NCBI GenBank assembly: GCA_951406725.2
Contig: OX597815.1
Location: 205,964,001 to 206,028,000, forward strand
Direction of reading: 5' to 3'
Length of the DNA: 64,000 bases
Origin: Octopus vulgaris
Taxonomy: Eukaryota
The notes under the pieces were generated by a model that was not told where the DNA came from, searched no databases, and saw only the letters and a list, made by a program, of their open reading frames with translations. The first letter of the stretch is position 1. Each line of letters starts with the position of its first letter. This document shows positions 12,811 to 26,346 of this stretch, one piece after another. Made by a program: the position numbers and the translations under genes.

Positions 12811-12848
<38 letters not shown>

Positions 12849-13045
12849 TATATATATATATATATACATACATATATACGACAGGCTTCTTTCAGTTTCC
12901 GTCTACCAAGTCCACTCACAAGGCATTGGTCGGCCCGGGGGCTATAGCAGAAGACACTTGCCCAAGATGCCACGCAGTGGGACTGAACCCGGAACCATGT
13001 GGTTGGTAAGCAAGCTACTTACCACACCGCCACTCCTGCGCCTAT
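12590..13045 (-). mobile_element. SINE family A
   Basis: Full-length copy with five TCTTTTAC tail units. Confidence 0.9.
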
Positions 13046-13345
13046 TATGTGGAGAAAAGTTGTGGGGGAGATAATAATTGTAATTGTTCGAAATACAAAA
13101 CTAAAACAGGACTCCAGTTTGTCATGATGAAGCAATTGCAGGAAAAGCCACTACATGACCAATGTCTGCAAAGATTTATTGTGGAAGACATAGACAAAGA
13201 AAATTTGCTCCATGGACTGAGAAGTGTTGGATTCAAAGCTGATATAGAAGGATTCCTTCTCATGGGCTCACGGGAAGTGATCAAAAAGCATGTAATGAAG
13301 CAGAGTGTAGTAAGTATCTGCAGGATATATGGATTTTGAGAAGAT

Positions 13346-13569
13346 GAAGGCGGAGAGCTGGCAGAAACGTTAGCGCACCAAGCAAAATGCTTAGCGGTAT
13401 TTTGTCTGTCGTTATGTTTTGAGTTCAAATTCTGCCGAGGTCGACTTTGCCTTTCATCCTTTCGGGGTCGATAAATAAAAAAAACAGTTTTGCACTGGGG
13501 TCGATGTAATCGACTTAATCCATTTGTCTGTCCTTGTTTGTCCCCTCTATGTTTAGTAAAGAAATATAC
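13346..13569 (+). mobile_element. SINE family B inserted in the R4-type LINE
   Basis: 17-bp TSD ATGGATTTTGAGAAGAT at 13329-13345 and 13570-13586. Confidence 0.9.
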
Positions 13570-14199
13570 ATGGATTTTGAGAAGATATAATTAACTAGAT
13601 TGGCTCTGGCTGCCCAGTCTCCACCAAAAAAGAATACATCTACAAGCATAAGGGGGTTAGGGGTTTCATATACTTTATGTGAATCTAGTATTATGAAATA
13701 TTAACAGAAAAGAGGTTATCTAAGACATACACTGGAAAAGGGTTCAGAGCACAACAAAGCAACTGAATTCTGGGATATATTACAGACAAGAATGATCAAG
13801 GATAACTAGCTAGATATTGTTATCAAGAACTGACGGGAAAGGATGTGTCTCTTTATCAATGTATCAGTCTGAACAGGGCATAATGTACGTAGATCAATGG
13901 AGAAATTATCTGAATATGAAGACCTCGAAATAGAAATAACCAGAATGCAAGGACTGAAAACAAAAACAGTGTATAATAATATATGATTTGGGGATGATTT
14001 AAAAACATGGAGGAAAATGTATGACCAAAACCAGAAGCCCAATAAGCCTGACATGTAGAAAATATAAGACCACTTGGTGCTGCACATGTAATACAAAGAA
14101 TACCATCAATACAATATGAAATACAGAATCAAAACAAAGCATCCCACTTGATCTATGTGCACAGAGCTGCACTCAGTGCAGTGAAAGCATATAATAAAA

Positions 14200-14461
<262 letters not shown>

Positions 14462-14790
14462 CAGCACTTTCCCGCCCAAAACTTCTCTTCACCTGCCTTA
14501 GGTTACTAGGTGTGACCCGACAAATGATTGTATCAAACATGCAAATTAAAAGCAAAATAATAATAATAATAATAATAATAATCCTTTCTACTATAGACAC
14601 AAAGCCTGAAATTTTGTGGGAAGGGGGCTAGTTGATTACGTCAGCTCCACTGTTCAACTGGTACTTATTGATCCAAAAAGGATGACAGGCAACATTGATG
14701 CCAGCAGCAATTGAACTCTGAATGCAAAGATAGATGACATGCCATTAAACGCTGTGCCCAGCATGCTAATAATTCTGCCAGCTTGCCATC

Positions 14791-14848
<58 letters not shown>

Positions 14849-15139
14849 CCGAAAATTATATGAGAATGATCCCTGGCTTACCATCCCTGCAAAAAGTGCA
14901 AAAGATTGTCTTAACTGGTACATCACATGTATTGAGAAGAGCATTGTCGATGTGAGAACTGTTGCTGCTCATGTATTTTAATTTAACTTTATTTCATTAA
15001 AAAAAAAAATGAACGAACTAGTGAGTTTAGTTTAATGGCCTACCAATGTATACTATGAGTTTCTTTGCCCTAGGGGTCGGGAAGACACTCGGCAAGAAAT
15101 GGAAGCAAATTTGAAAGAAGAAGAAAAACCCATAAACAA

Positions 15140-15176
<37 letters not shown>

Positions 15177-15194
15177 GACGACATTGAGTAGGAC

Positions 15195-16105
15195 AATGCT
15201 GTGTCTGAAAAACATCAAAAAAGGCAATATGGTAGACAATTACAGGCCGATATCCTGTTTGCCACTTATGTGAAAGTTACTGACTGGAATACTTGCAGAG
15301 TCAATGTATGAACATCTGGAAAAAAATGGAATCCTGCCACATGAGCAGAAGGGTTGCAAGTGTAAGTGCAGAGGTACCAAGGATCAACTCCTGATAGAGA
15401 AAACTATATTTAGAGACTGCAAGGGGAGGAAAAGTAACTTAGTCATGTCATGGTTCGACTATCATAAGGCGTACGATACGATCACACATTCTTGGATTAT
15501 GGAGTGAACGAACCTATTTGGTATTGATTTGAATGTTGAGTGATTGCTTGGAAAAAGTATGGCAAATTGGAGGATGGACGTGACCGCATACAGAAGAAGT
15601 TTAGGGACAGTAGAAATTAGTAGGGGCATCTTCCAAGGGGACAGCCTGTCCCCACTGATCTTTGTACTGTACTTGATACCACTAACACTGATTCTGAGGA
15701 AAGCAAAAGCTGGGTATGTATTCAAAAGCCGCCAACAAAAAGTCAACCATTTGTTATTCATGGAGGACCTCAAACTTTATAGTAAAGATGAAGCCCAAGT
15801 CAGTTCCCTTGTTGATACGGTGTATACCTTCAGTGCTGATATCAGAATGGAGTTTGGACTGAGAATGTGGGGTGTGTTAGTCTTGAAGAGAGGCAAAATC
15901 AAATGTATGGACGGACTAACAATACCGTCGGGGGAGGTTATGAAGCAGATAAAAGAGACGGGCTATAAGTACTTGGGGATTTGGGAAATGGATAAATTGA
16001 TGGAGAAAGAAATGACAGAAAAATTTACGGTGGAGTACTTGCGCAGACTGAGACTGATCCTTAAGTCGAAATTAAACGGACGGAATAAGATTGAAGCTAT
16101 CAAGT
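15195..16105 (+). mobile_element. R4/Dong-type non-LTR retrotransposon RT fragment (pseudogenised)
   Basis: [54 protein letters not shown] and YKYLGI, with in-frame stops. Preceded by (TAA)n and truncated into (TCC)n. Confidence 0.92.
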
Positions 16106-16111
16106 GGACTC

Positions 16112-16224
16112 TGTCCTCCTCCTCCTCTTCCTCCTCATCTTCCTCCTCCTCCTCATCTTCCTCCTCCTCATCTTCCTCCTCCTCCTCCTCCTCCTCATCT
16201 TCCTCCTCTTCCTCCTCCTCATCT

Positions 16225-16256
<32 letters not shown>

Positions 16257-16440
16257 CTCCGCCCCTCCTCTTCCTCCTCCGTCCCCTCCTCTTCCTCCTC
16301 CTCCGTCCTCCTCCTCCTCCGCCCTCCTCTTCTTCCTCCTCCTCCTCCTCCGCCCCCTCCGCTCCCTCCTTCTCCTCCTCATCATCATCATCACCACCAC
16401 CACCAAAACCACCACCACCACCACCACCATTGTCATCATC
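16112..16440. repeat. (TCC)n/(CAT)/(ACC) low-complexity tract
   Basis: Direct inspection. Confidence 0.95.
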
Positions 16441-16932
16441 AATTCATTGTTTGTAGACCATGTATACCTATATTCTAATTTTTCCCCTCCTTTCTCATTC
16501 AATTTTCTGTGTAGCTCCCCACCCCGATTATGTCTGCTTTTGTAATTGTTCTCCTTTGTTCATTGCCCTAGTGGCAAATAAAAGAAGTCGTCGTCATTGT
16601 TATTATTTTTGTTTTTCTTTTGTTTTTCCTTTTGTTTTTGTCTGCTGTAACTTGGGCCTTTGTGGCCAATAAAAGAAATTTTCATTATTACTATTAAGGT
16701 AACAAGCTGCCTGAATCATTACCATTTATGGACAAAATGCTTAGCAGCATTTCTTTCAGCTCTTTACATTCTAAGTTCAATTTCTGCCTAGGTCAGCTTT
16801 GCCTCTCATCTTTTTGGGGTTGATAAAATAAAGTACTAGTTCAACATTAATTTAATCAGCTTCCTCCTTTCCTCAAAATTGCTGGCCTTGTGCCAAAAAT
16901 TTGAAAGAATTATTATTATTATTATTATTATT

Positions 16933-17141
16933 CTCTTTACTCTTTTACTCTTTTACTTGTTTCAGTCATTTTGACTGCGGCCATGCTGGAGCACCACCTT
17001 TAGTCGAGCAAATCGACCCCGGGACATATTCTTTGTAAGCCCAGTACTTATTCTATCGGACTCTTTTGCCGAACCACTAAGTGATGGGGACGTAAACACA
17101 CCAGCATCGGTTGTCAAGCAATGCTAGGGAGACAAACACAG

Positions 17142-17180
<39 letters not shown>

Positions 17181-17336
17181 CATATATACAACAGGCTTCT
17201 TTCAGTTTCCGTCTACCAAATCCACTCACAAGGCATTGGTCAGCCCGGGGCTATAGTGGAAGACACTTGCCCAAGGTGCCACGCAGTGGGACTGAACCCG
17301 GAACCATGTGGTTGGTTAGCAAGCTACTTACCACAA
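16933..17336 (-). mobile_element. SINE family A
   Basis: Near full length, 5' tip missing. Confidence 0.9.
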
Positions 17337-17358
17337 GCTACTTATTATTATTATCATT

Positions 17359-17580
17359 AAGGTGGCGAGCTGGCAGAATTGTTAGTATGCTGAATGAAAT
17401 GCTTAGTGGTATTTTACCTGTTGCTACGTTCTGGGTTCAAATTCCGTCGAGGTCAACTTTGCTTTCCATCCTTTCGGGGTCAATAAATTAAGTACCAGTG
17501 AAACACTGGGGTTGATGTAATCAACTAGTCCCCTCCCCCCAAATTTCAGGCCCTGTGCTTGCAGCAGAAAGAATTATTAT
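17359..17580 (+). mobile_element. SINE family B (tail variant tttcaggccctgtgc...gaaagaattatt)
   Basis: aaggtggcgagctggcagaattgttag head. Confidence 0.85.
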
Positions 17581-17585
17581 TATCA

Positions 17586-17981
17586 TAGGCATAGGAGTGG
17601 CTGTGTGGTAAGTAGCTTGCTTACCAACCACATGGTTCCGGGTTCAGTCCCACTGCATGGCACCTTGGGCAAGTGTCTTCTACTATAGCCTCGGGCCGAC
17701 CAAAGCCTTGTGAGTGTATTTGGTAGATGGAAACTGAAAGAAGCCTGTCGTATATATATGTATATGTGTATATATGTGTTTGTGTATCTATGTTTGTCCC
17801 CCTAACATTGCTTGACAATTGATGCTGGTGTGTTTACGTCCCTGTAACATAGCAATTCTGCAAAAGAGACCGACAAAATAAGTACTGGGCTTACAAAGAA
17901 TAAGTCCTGGGGTCGATTTGCTAGACTAAAAGTGGTGCTCCAGCATGGCCACAGTCAAATGACTGAAACAAGTAAAAGAGT
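17586..17981 (+). mobile_element. SINE family A
   Basis: Full-length copy. Confidence 0.9.
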
Positions 17982-18397
17982 ATAGTTTATTGAACTCAGA
18001 ACAACAAAAGAATGAGGATTGGTTATTATTTTCCTTTTTTAATAATTTTTCAAGAATAAAACCACAGATTTAGTGGTGTAGGAAGCTGATTTTATGAAGG
18101 CATATGTCCTTTGCCAAATCCATTAAATGCAAAAGAAAATAACCAGTTTCTAAAAATTTTGTACTCACTATCCTTATTCTAGGGTCATAATGAAACAAGG
18201 TGTAACTTCATATAAATGATTTTACATAATTTTAACTATGCAAAGATATATATATATATATATATATATTTGATTGGAGTGCTTAAATAAGTATAAGCAT
18301 TTGTTATGGAATAATGTGAAGAATTTGCTTTTTGGAGGTGGGGTGGCTGAAATTTCTATTCTACAATGGCTGTAGTTTAAAAATTAAATGAATGGGC

Positions 18398-18436
<39 letters not shown>

Positions 18437-19139
18437 GTAATAATAATATATATATATATATATGTATGTATATATATATAAATCCATGGACCATTTTGTT
18501 TATCATAAACACCCTCCTCTCTCTTCCCTGTTAAAAAAATAGGAAGTGAACCTTCAAAATTATATGAGTCTTGATGATAAGAGAAGCCAAAGTAAGCTGT
18601 GATCTATAGATTAATGTTTTTCTGAGTACAAAAGGAAGAAAGCAGGAAGCCACTTAAGAGTTTGGCAGATTCATGAGAGAGAGAGAACATGTAAAAAATT
18701 TTGTCTTTGTTTTTAAGTTATTTCATATTGCACACTTTTAAATGCTACTGTTTATAACAGGCAACAAAAAACATGAAAAGAAAAGAGAGTAAGCAGGAAA
18801 GGCAGTGAAATAGCTACAGACATACATGCAATATAGTTATGCACATGGACATATACATGCGCACTCTGTAGCTTTCTTACACTTAGCCGTATATCTTATA
18901 TGCATACTTGTGCATACATAATTGATCTTGAACATATATATATGTGCATGCATGAATGCATATATATATATATATATAGATTAGATCAATTATGTATGCA
19001 CAAGTATGCATATATATATATATATATATATATCTGCATGCTTCCTGCATGGATATATAGATATGAATTCATGTATGCATGTATGTATATATATATATAT
19101 ATAAAATATGTGGGGTTTAGTTCACTTGTGATCTAAATG

Positions 19140-19460
<321 letters not shown>

Positions 19461-19992
19461 ATGCATGCACTAAAATATACATATTCACTCGCACTCACAA
19501 GAGGATTTTGGTTGTGCTTTTTTGTACGCATCTATTAATATTCATTTACATGTTTCGAAATTTAGTTTGGAATGTTATTAAGATGCATATTGTTCATCCG
19601 AACATTTTGTGTAAATAGACAGACAACCAACTTCTTGCATTGTATATGCAGAGCGAGAGATAGACAATTGTTTAATTGCTTATTGCTTGCTGTTTCCGCT
19701 ATGTTTGTGTACACTATACAGTTACTGTTAATCTCGTTGCAAGCTGAAATTCCAAAGTGGTTTAACCTTCTTTTGGACGTTAATACTCTTTGGAAACGCA
19801 TGAATATCACACTTTTCATATAATTCTAATTTTTGGCACAAGGCCAGCAATTTTGAGAGGAGGGGCAAGATGATTACATCAGTCCAAGTTCATGACTGGT
19901 GCTTATTCTCTTGACTGTGAAAAGATGAAAGCAAAGTGAACCTCAGCAGCATTTGCACCTAGAGTGTAAAGAACCAGAAGAAATGTCATTAA

Positions 19993-20213
19993 CCCTTTCA
20001 TTATCAACCCGGCTGAAACCAGTTCTGGCTCTTTAGTATAAATGTCTTGTTTTCATAAGTTTTGAATTCAAATCTTCCACCAAATCTTAGTTAAAATTTA
20101 TGTTCCTAACACTAGCTTAATGATAACGAAGTTAATTTACTAAATTCTTTGTTATATCTAAGATAATTGAAAAAACCACAGAGCATCTCAAAATAAATAC
20201 AGTAATGAAAGGG
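19993..20213. mobile_element. piggyBac-like MITE (opposite orientation to 2623-2845), inserted in a SINE B
   Basis: TTAA|CCCTTTCATTA ... TAATGAAAGGG|TTAA. Confidence 0.88.
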
Positions 20214-21713
20214 TTAAATATTCTGTGCAGCTTGGTAACAATTCTGTCAGCTTACCATCTTACACTTTCGATATAATTCTTTCTGCAATAGGCACAAGGC
20301 TTGAAATTTTGAAGAAGGAAGTTAGTTGATTACCCTGAGTCCAGTGCACAACTGGTACTTATTTCATGGATCCTAACACTTTCCATATAACAAAAGCTTG
20401 TAATGTGTTGAAAACAGGAGGTTGCTAGAATTAAAAATATCTTACAATATTTAATTTCATCTTACTATATGTTCACATGCCTCTGAAGAAGATAAGAATC
20501 TGTACAATTTTGTGGCCTTGTGCTAATGTAAGAAACCATTATTTGAACTACATCAGGGTGAATTTGTGGGCAGAAGCTGTGTGCAAGTTTGTAAATTTCA
20601 CAATATATTAAGGTTTAGATTCTCATATTGTTTTGTTAATCTTTTATATATTGTCTTTTAGCCAGCTGTGGTTGATAAAAATTGTACCAGTAACATACTG
20701 GAGTCAACTAATTTAAGCTACTTTATCCTCTCCATCTACAAAAGTGGCTGTTATTTGTACTACATATCTTTCTGTTTACTATTTATGTATTTAAACGCTT
20801 TCAATTGGAACCGAATTTTATAACAGCCTCTTGACAGTTGCCAACACTTAATAATTCATTAACGATCCACACTTCAGCTATAGGGAAATCTCACAATTTT
20901 CTGTACATATATGCCGGATTTTATTTTATAAATTTCCCATCAACTCAAATAGGAAACATTTGCAGCACTTCCCATTCCTGTAAGGGACAACCTAACTCAG
21001 GAATAGAGGAAGTGAGACGTTAACTTCACAGTTTGATATATGTTAGATTCTTAAAACTCAAGTTCTCTCCATTTCAGATTTTCCCTCCTTTTTTCCTCCC
21101 TCCTTGTCTTCTCTGCCTGTTACCGCTACCACTACATTTTTTCCTTCACATCCTTTTAATGTTTGTTTTCTCCCACGCATGTTGACAGAGATTGGATGAG
21201 GATTTATAGTTGTTAGCTTCCCTCTATACTATCAGAACCTTCACCGTTATTCATACCAAGATCTAGCACAAACTGTGTGGCTTCAAATTTTCATTGCTCG
21301 CTGCATGTATGGTTGCACATCCTGTACCCTGCTAGGGTAAGGGCTTGCATGATATCTAACTTGCTATCCCACCCTCCCCCTTAACAAAACCCTCAAAAGA
21401 TAATTGGATACTGGAGATGGTGTTAAATTTTTTAAAATCTTTATTGTAGTAGAAATAGTAATTTATTAGACTAAATGATGAAGAATAATTAATTTGACCC
21501 TTTGTATCAGTGTTTCTCAAAGTTTCTCAAAGCATACCTCACTGATTGGGGCATGGCTATATTCTGGTGGGATATGGGTTACTTTAGAATGGGGTGTAAG
21601 TAAATAAGTAACAAGTGGATAAAACTTGCGATAAAGTTTCAATTAAAACTTCTTTTGAATATATATATATACATATATATTTATCAAAAGAAAAACATGA
21701 TGCAAAGGATTTA

Positions 21714-21801
21714 GCGGTACATATGTTTCTGGCTTTTATTAGACCATTTATATCAATGCATAATTGATGTAATATGTATGTCAATAGCCTTCTTCAGCCA
21801 T
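21714..21801 (-). ncRNA. Type I hammerhead ribozyme-like motif with extended stem II
   Basis: (A)TGG-CTGAAGA-A-GGCTATT...AATAAAAGCC-A-GAAA-CATATG-TA-CCGC. Stem III is the palindrome ACATATGT. Confidence 0.6.
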
Positions 21802-21914
21802 GCACAATTACTACTTCAAGGACATGTATTACATTATAAGTTTGCATCCCCAACGTAAATCGTCTTTTTCCCAAACTTATAATGTAATACATGTCCTTGA
21901 AGTAGTAATTGTGC

Positions 21915-22002
21915 GCAGTTGAAGAAGGCTATTGACATACATATTACATCAATTATGCATTGATATAAACTGTCTAATAAAAGCCAGAAACATATGTACC
22001 GC
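21915..22002 (+). ncRNA. Degenerate type I hammerhead motif (mirror copy, C3 to U)
   Basis: GCAG-TTGAAGA-A-GGCTATT...AGCC-A-GAAA-CATATG-TA-CCGC. Confidence 0.5.
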
Positions 22003-22239
22003 TAAATCCTTTGCATCATGTTTTTCTTTTGATAAATATACTCTATCATCTACACCACTAACTGGCATATACAGGTGCTTACAATTATCAAGTATTCACC
22101 CTGAATTTTTTGTATATATATATATATATATATATACAATCTAAGTAAAATTGTGGATGTCTATGGTTACAGGGATGTCCTCTACATCTCTCTCTCAGTT
22201 GAGAGATTCTAGTCATGAGGGCTTATGGGTGTCTGATAC

Positions 22240-22482
22240 TACATACAAGCAGCCATGCAGGTACCCTGTAAAAGTGCCCATGCTGGGCATCCATTTGGTG
22301 CCACATAAAAGCCCCCAGTACACTTTGTAACGTATTTGGCATTAGCAAGGGCATCCAGCCATAGAAAACCATGCCAGACAAGGAGCCTGGGCAGTTCTTC
22401 AGCTGGTCCACTCTTCTCAAACCATCCAACCCATGCCAACATGGAGAACGGATGTTAATGATGATGATGATGATGATGATGA
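22240..22482 (+). mobile_element. Family D RTE-tailed element (diverged)
   Basis: gggcatccagccatagaaa ... ccatccaacccatgccaacatggagaacggatgttaa(tga)n. Confidence 0.75.
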
Positions 22483-22814
22483 TACAGTTTATTATTTTGT
22501 GGCTCTCCACCCTTTCTCTGCTATCCCCTTAATGGCTCTTCCAGAACCACTTCTTTTTCTTATCACTTTCCCCCAAACTCAAACTCGTGTACTTTCAATC
22601 GTGCTTCCACACTTGTCCATCATTCACCACGTTCACCTCTGCCTTCATCTCTATCTATCACTTTCCTCTCACACTCTTACCAACTTATCCACCTGACCTG
22701 CTCTCCCTATTTTCTCATCCACTCATCTTCGTATACCTTGAGTGTATGCTCTGACATCGAATGGTCGTGGGCTTGTCTAAGCTTATGTATGAGGAATGTC
22801 TCCATGATATGCTC

Positions 22815-23307
22815 ATCATGACTACCCATCTGGTTAGGGTACACCAGGTACATGCATCACAACCATATGTGCACAACATGGTGATCTTATATCAACATAA
22901 ACAGCGCATGACCTTGCAGGTGGGGCCCCAGTTAGAATTTTCTTCAGGTCGTGTAGCCCAGCCCACTCAAAAAGTCTCTAAATAAGGGTTGTTTAAGGAT
23001 GTTGAATGAAACAGTCATGTTTGCAGAGGTGAATTATTCAAACTCCAAAGAATTCCTCTCAACACACGGCTATGATGCTCCCCCTACTACTTCTGCTCGT
23101 GATCAGAGATGTACAAATCGTCAGCCACTAAGGGATATGCTCAACTGGTTACAGTCAAACAACTGACAAGCAAATCTGTGGTATTGAGCCAAATATTTGC
23201 GGTAGCCCATCTTTTATACCAAGACAAAACAATGTACACGATAACACTTCCAATCAGTTAAGATCAGAAGCCATGAGAGCCACTGCCTGATACTGCATCA
23301 GGGCATT
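22815..23307 (-). mobile_element. Family F non-autonomous element
   Basis: Near-identical to 23620-24035 and 11234-11510. Confidence 0.82.
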
Positions 23308-23554
23308 TTATTTGAGCTAGCAGAATGATTAGCATGCTGGGTAAAATGCTTAGCAGCATTTTGGCTGTCTTTATGATCTGAGTTCTAGTTCCACCGAGGT
23401 CAACTTTGCCTCTCATCCCTTCAGGGTTGATAAATTAAATACCAGTTGAGTACTGGGGTCGATGTAATTGACTATCCCCTTGCCCCAAATTTCAGGCCTT
23501 ATGCCTATAGTAGAAAGGATTATTATTGTTATTGTTATTGTTATTATTATTATT

Positions 23555-24035
23555 GAGTGAGCGAGCAGAGCATGCCATCAAAGTGACACTGGGGTAAAAT
23601 ATACGAAGCCCAGTATACCCATCATGACTACCCGTCTGATAAGGGTACACCAGGCACATGCATCACAACCATATGTGCGCGACATGGTGATCTCATATCA
23701 AGATAAACAGCACATGACCTTGCAGGTGGAGCCCAGTTAGAATTTTCTTCAGGTCGTGTAGCCCAGCCCACTCAAAAGGTCCCTGAATAAGGGTTGTTTA
23801 AGGACGTTGAACGAAACACCCATGTTTCCAGAGGTGAATTATTCAAACCCCAAAGAATCCTTCTCAACACATGGCTATGATGCTCCCCCACTACTTCTGC
23901 TCGTGATCAGAGATGCACATATCGTCAGCCACTAAGGGACATGCTCAACTGGTTAAGGTCAAACAACTGACAAGCAAATCTGTGGTATTGAGCAGAATAT
24001 TTGCTGTAGCCCATCTTTTATACCAAGACAAAACA
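23555..24035 (-). mobile_element. Family F element, 5'-truncated, embedded in (TTA)n on both sides
   Basis: Flanked by tattattattg and cattattgttattatta. Confidence 0.85.
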
Positions 24036-24038
24036 TTA

Positions 24039-24093
<55 letters not shown>

Positions 24094-24104
24094 CATTATT
24101 ATTA

Positions 24105-24715
24105 GAGCATGCCAAGCAAAATGCTTAGTGGTATTTCATCCATTGCTACGTTCTGAGTTCAAATTCTACTGATGTTGACTTTGTCTTTCATCGTTTCAGG
24201 GTCCATAAACTAAGTACCAGTGAAACTACTGGAGTTGATATAACTGACTAGGCCCCTCCCTCCAAATTTTCAGGCATTGTGCCTACAGTAGAAAGGATTG
24301 TTATCATTACTTATTTCTTTATTGCCCACAAGGTGCTAAACACAGAGGGGACAAACAAGGACAAACAAACGGATTAAGTCGATTATATCGACGCCAGTGC
24401 ATAACTGGTACTTATTTAATCGGCCTCAAAAGGATGAAAGGCAAAGTCGACCTCAACGGAATTTGAACTCAGAACGTAGCAGCAGACAAAATACCACAAA
24501 GCATTTGTAGAATCCTTAGCATGCTGGACAAAATGGTCAGCATCATTTCATCCATCTTTACATTCAGAGTGTAAATTCCACCGAAGTTGACTTTGCCTTT
24601 CATCTTTTTGGAGTCAACAAAATAAGTACCAATTGAGCACTGGGGGCCAATGTAATTAACAATCTCCCCTTCCCCAAAAAATTTCAGGCCTTGTGCCTAA
24701 AGCAGAAAGGATTAT
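24105..24715. mobile_element. Cluster of three SINE B copies (+, -, +)
   Basis: Core ctttgcctttcatc...aagtacc motifs at ~24180, ~24430 (reverse) and ~24590. Confidence 0.8.
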
Positions 24716-25504
24716 TAGTATTATTATTATTATTAGTGTTGTTGTTGTAGTTATTTTCTGACATAACTGTTAATTTTTGGAATTTTATTTTTATTGCTAT
24801 TCACACATTTAACATTAGATTTCTCCAAGCTAGTTTCAGTCAAATTCAATAAACGATGGACATTTGCATAAATTCCTGGAGCAGTTGTGTTTAAGAAAAC
24901 TTCTAGCTACTGAACAGTGAAGCAAGGATAGAATGGTTTTTCATTGTTTTTTTTTGTTTTTTTTACCGTTTAGTCTGAGGCTTGAGGAGATAGGATACGG
25001 AACTTGGAATGCTTATTTAGCCATCAGTTCTTCGAAACTATTTCTATTGTTAATTAAATACTGTGCTTTTCAGATCAATAGTCATCAGTGACAAGCTGTG
25101 AAAGATTTAGTGGAAACAAAACCAATAAAGGTACTAGACTGTTCTATTAATAACATTAATAGAAAACGATAATAATTTTTCAAGGTATCTTAATGTGAGC
25201 TTGGAGACAATAACTCTAGCTAAAGGTTAGGAGAATATACTAATGTGTAAACTCATCATGCTAAAAGTAGCAGCCAAATCTCCCAAAGTACACTCTAGCA
25301 TCTTAAAAATGTAGATGGTCATATAGAATAATCTTCCTGGTTACAACATATATATACGTAATATATGATGGGAGGATCACACCTTGATTGCTTTTGGTGG
25401 TTACACCTGGTTTACCTGATCAGAGCTGATCTCGGGACTAAGCAACGACAGGAAATGAAATGTATGGTATTTTTATGCTACATTGTGTCTGTGGTACATT
25501 AGAT

Positions 25505-25922
25505 ACTCTTTTACTCTTTTACTTGTTTCAGTCATTTGACTGTGGCCATGCTGGAGCACCGCCTTTAGTCGAGCAAATCGACCCCGGGACTTATTCTTTG
25601 TGAGCCCAGTACTTACTCTTATCGGTCTCTTTTGCCGAACCGCTAAGTGACGGGGACGTAAACACACCAGCATCGGTTGTCAAGCAATGCTAGGGGACAA
25701 ACACAGACACACAAACATATACACACACACTTATATATATATATATACATATATACGACAGGCTTCTTTCAGTTTCCATCTACCAAATCCACTCACAAGG
25801 CATTGGTCGGCCCGGGGCTATAGCAGAAGACACTTGCCCAAGATGCCACGCAGTGGGACTGAACCCGGAACCATGTGGTTGGTTAGCAAGCTACTTACCA
25901 CACAGCCACTCCTGCGCCTATA
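25505..25922 (-). mobile_element. SINE family A
   Basis: Full-length copy. Confidence 0.9.
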
Positions 25923-26346
25923 ATCGAAATTATTGAACAACGAAAAGAAATCTTCAGTAATTTAAAATTAACAGATAAAATAAACAAATAAAAGTAAATA
26001 TTTATTCTCTTTTGGAATTTGAACAACATTGATATATTTTCCAATAGCAAGGGTGTTTATAATTACAAGATTATTATAATGTGGTAACAAAACCGATATG
26101 ATAGAAAAATCATTAAGTTGGCTGAATGTTTCTTTCCAACATTTAATTAGCACATCTTGCTAATTTCATACCCAAATGCATGGTGTTCCCTTACATCTGT
26201 TCAACTAACCATTATTTGCATTTGTTTTATTCTCTAATTTTCTATTGAATAAATCGTTTTTTGCTGTCTTTGTAAAAAAAAAAAAACCTTCCAATCTTGG
26301 AAATTCTTGAAACAATGTGTTAAATTTGTGACTAAAATATCTGCAT

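Larger units (their letters stand above)
21676..22040. repeat. Long inverted repeat (169-bp arms, 27-nt spacer), Penelope-like pLTR arrangement
   Basis: 21676-21844 is the reverse complement of 21872-22040 with about 6 mismatches. Confidence 0.95.

Noticed and set aside
15544-16545. 333-aa ORF as a functional gene
   Set aside because: It is a pseudogenised LINE RT (upstream stops, catalytic DD reads ED) running into a TCC repeat.
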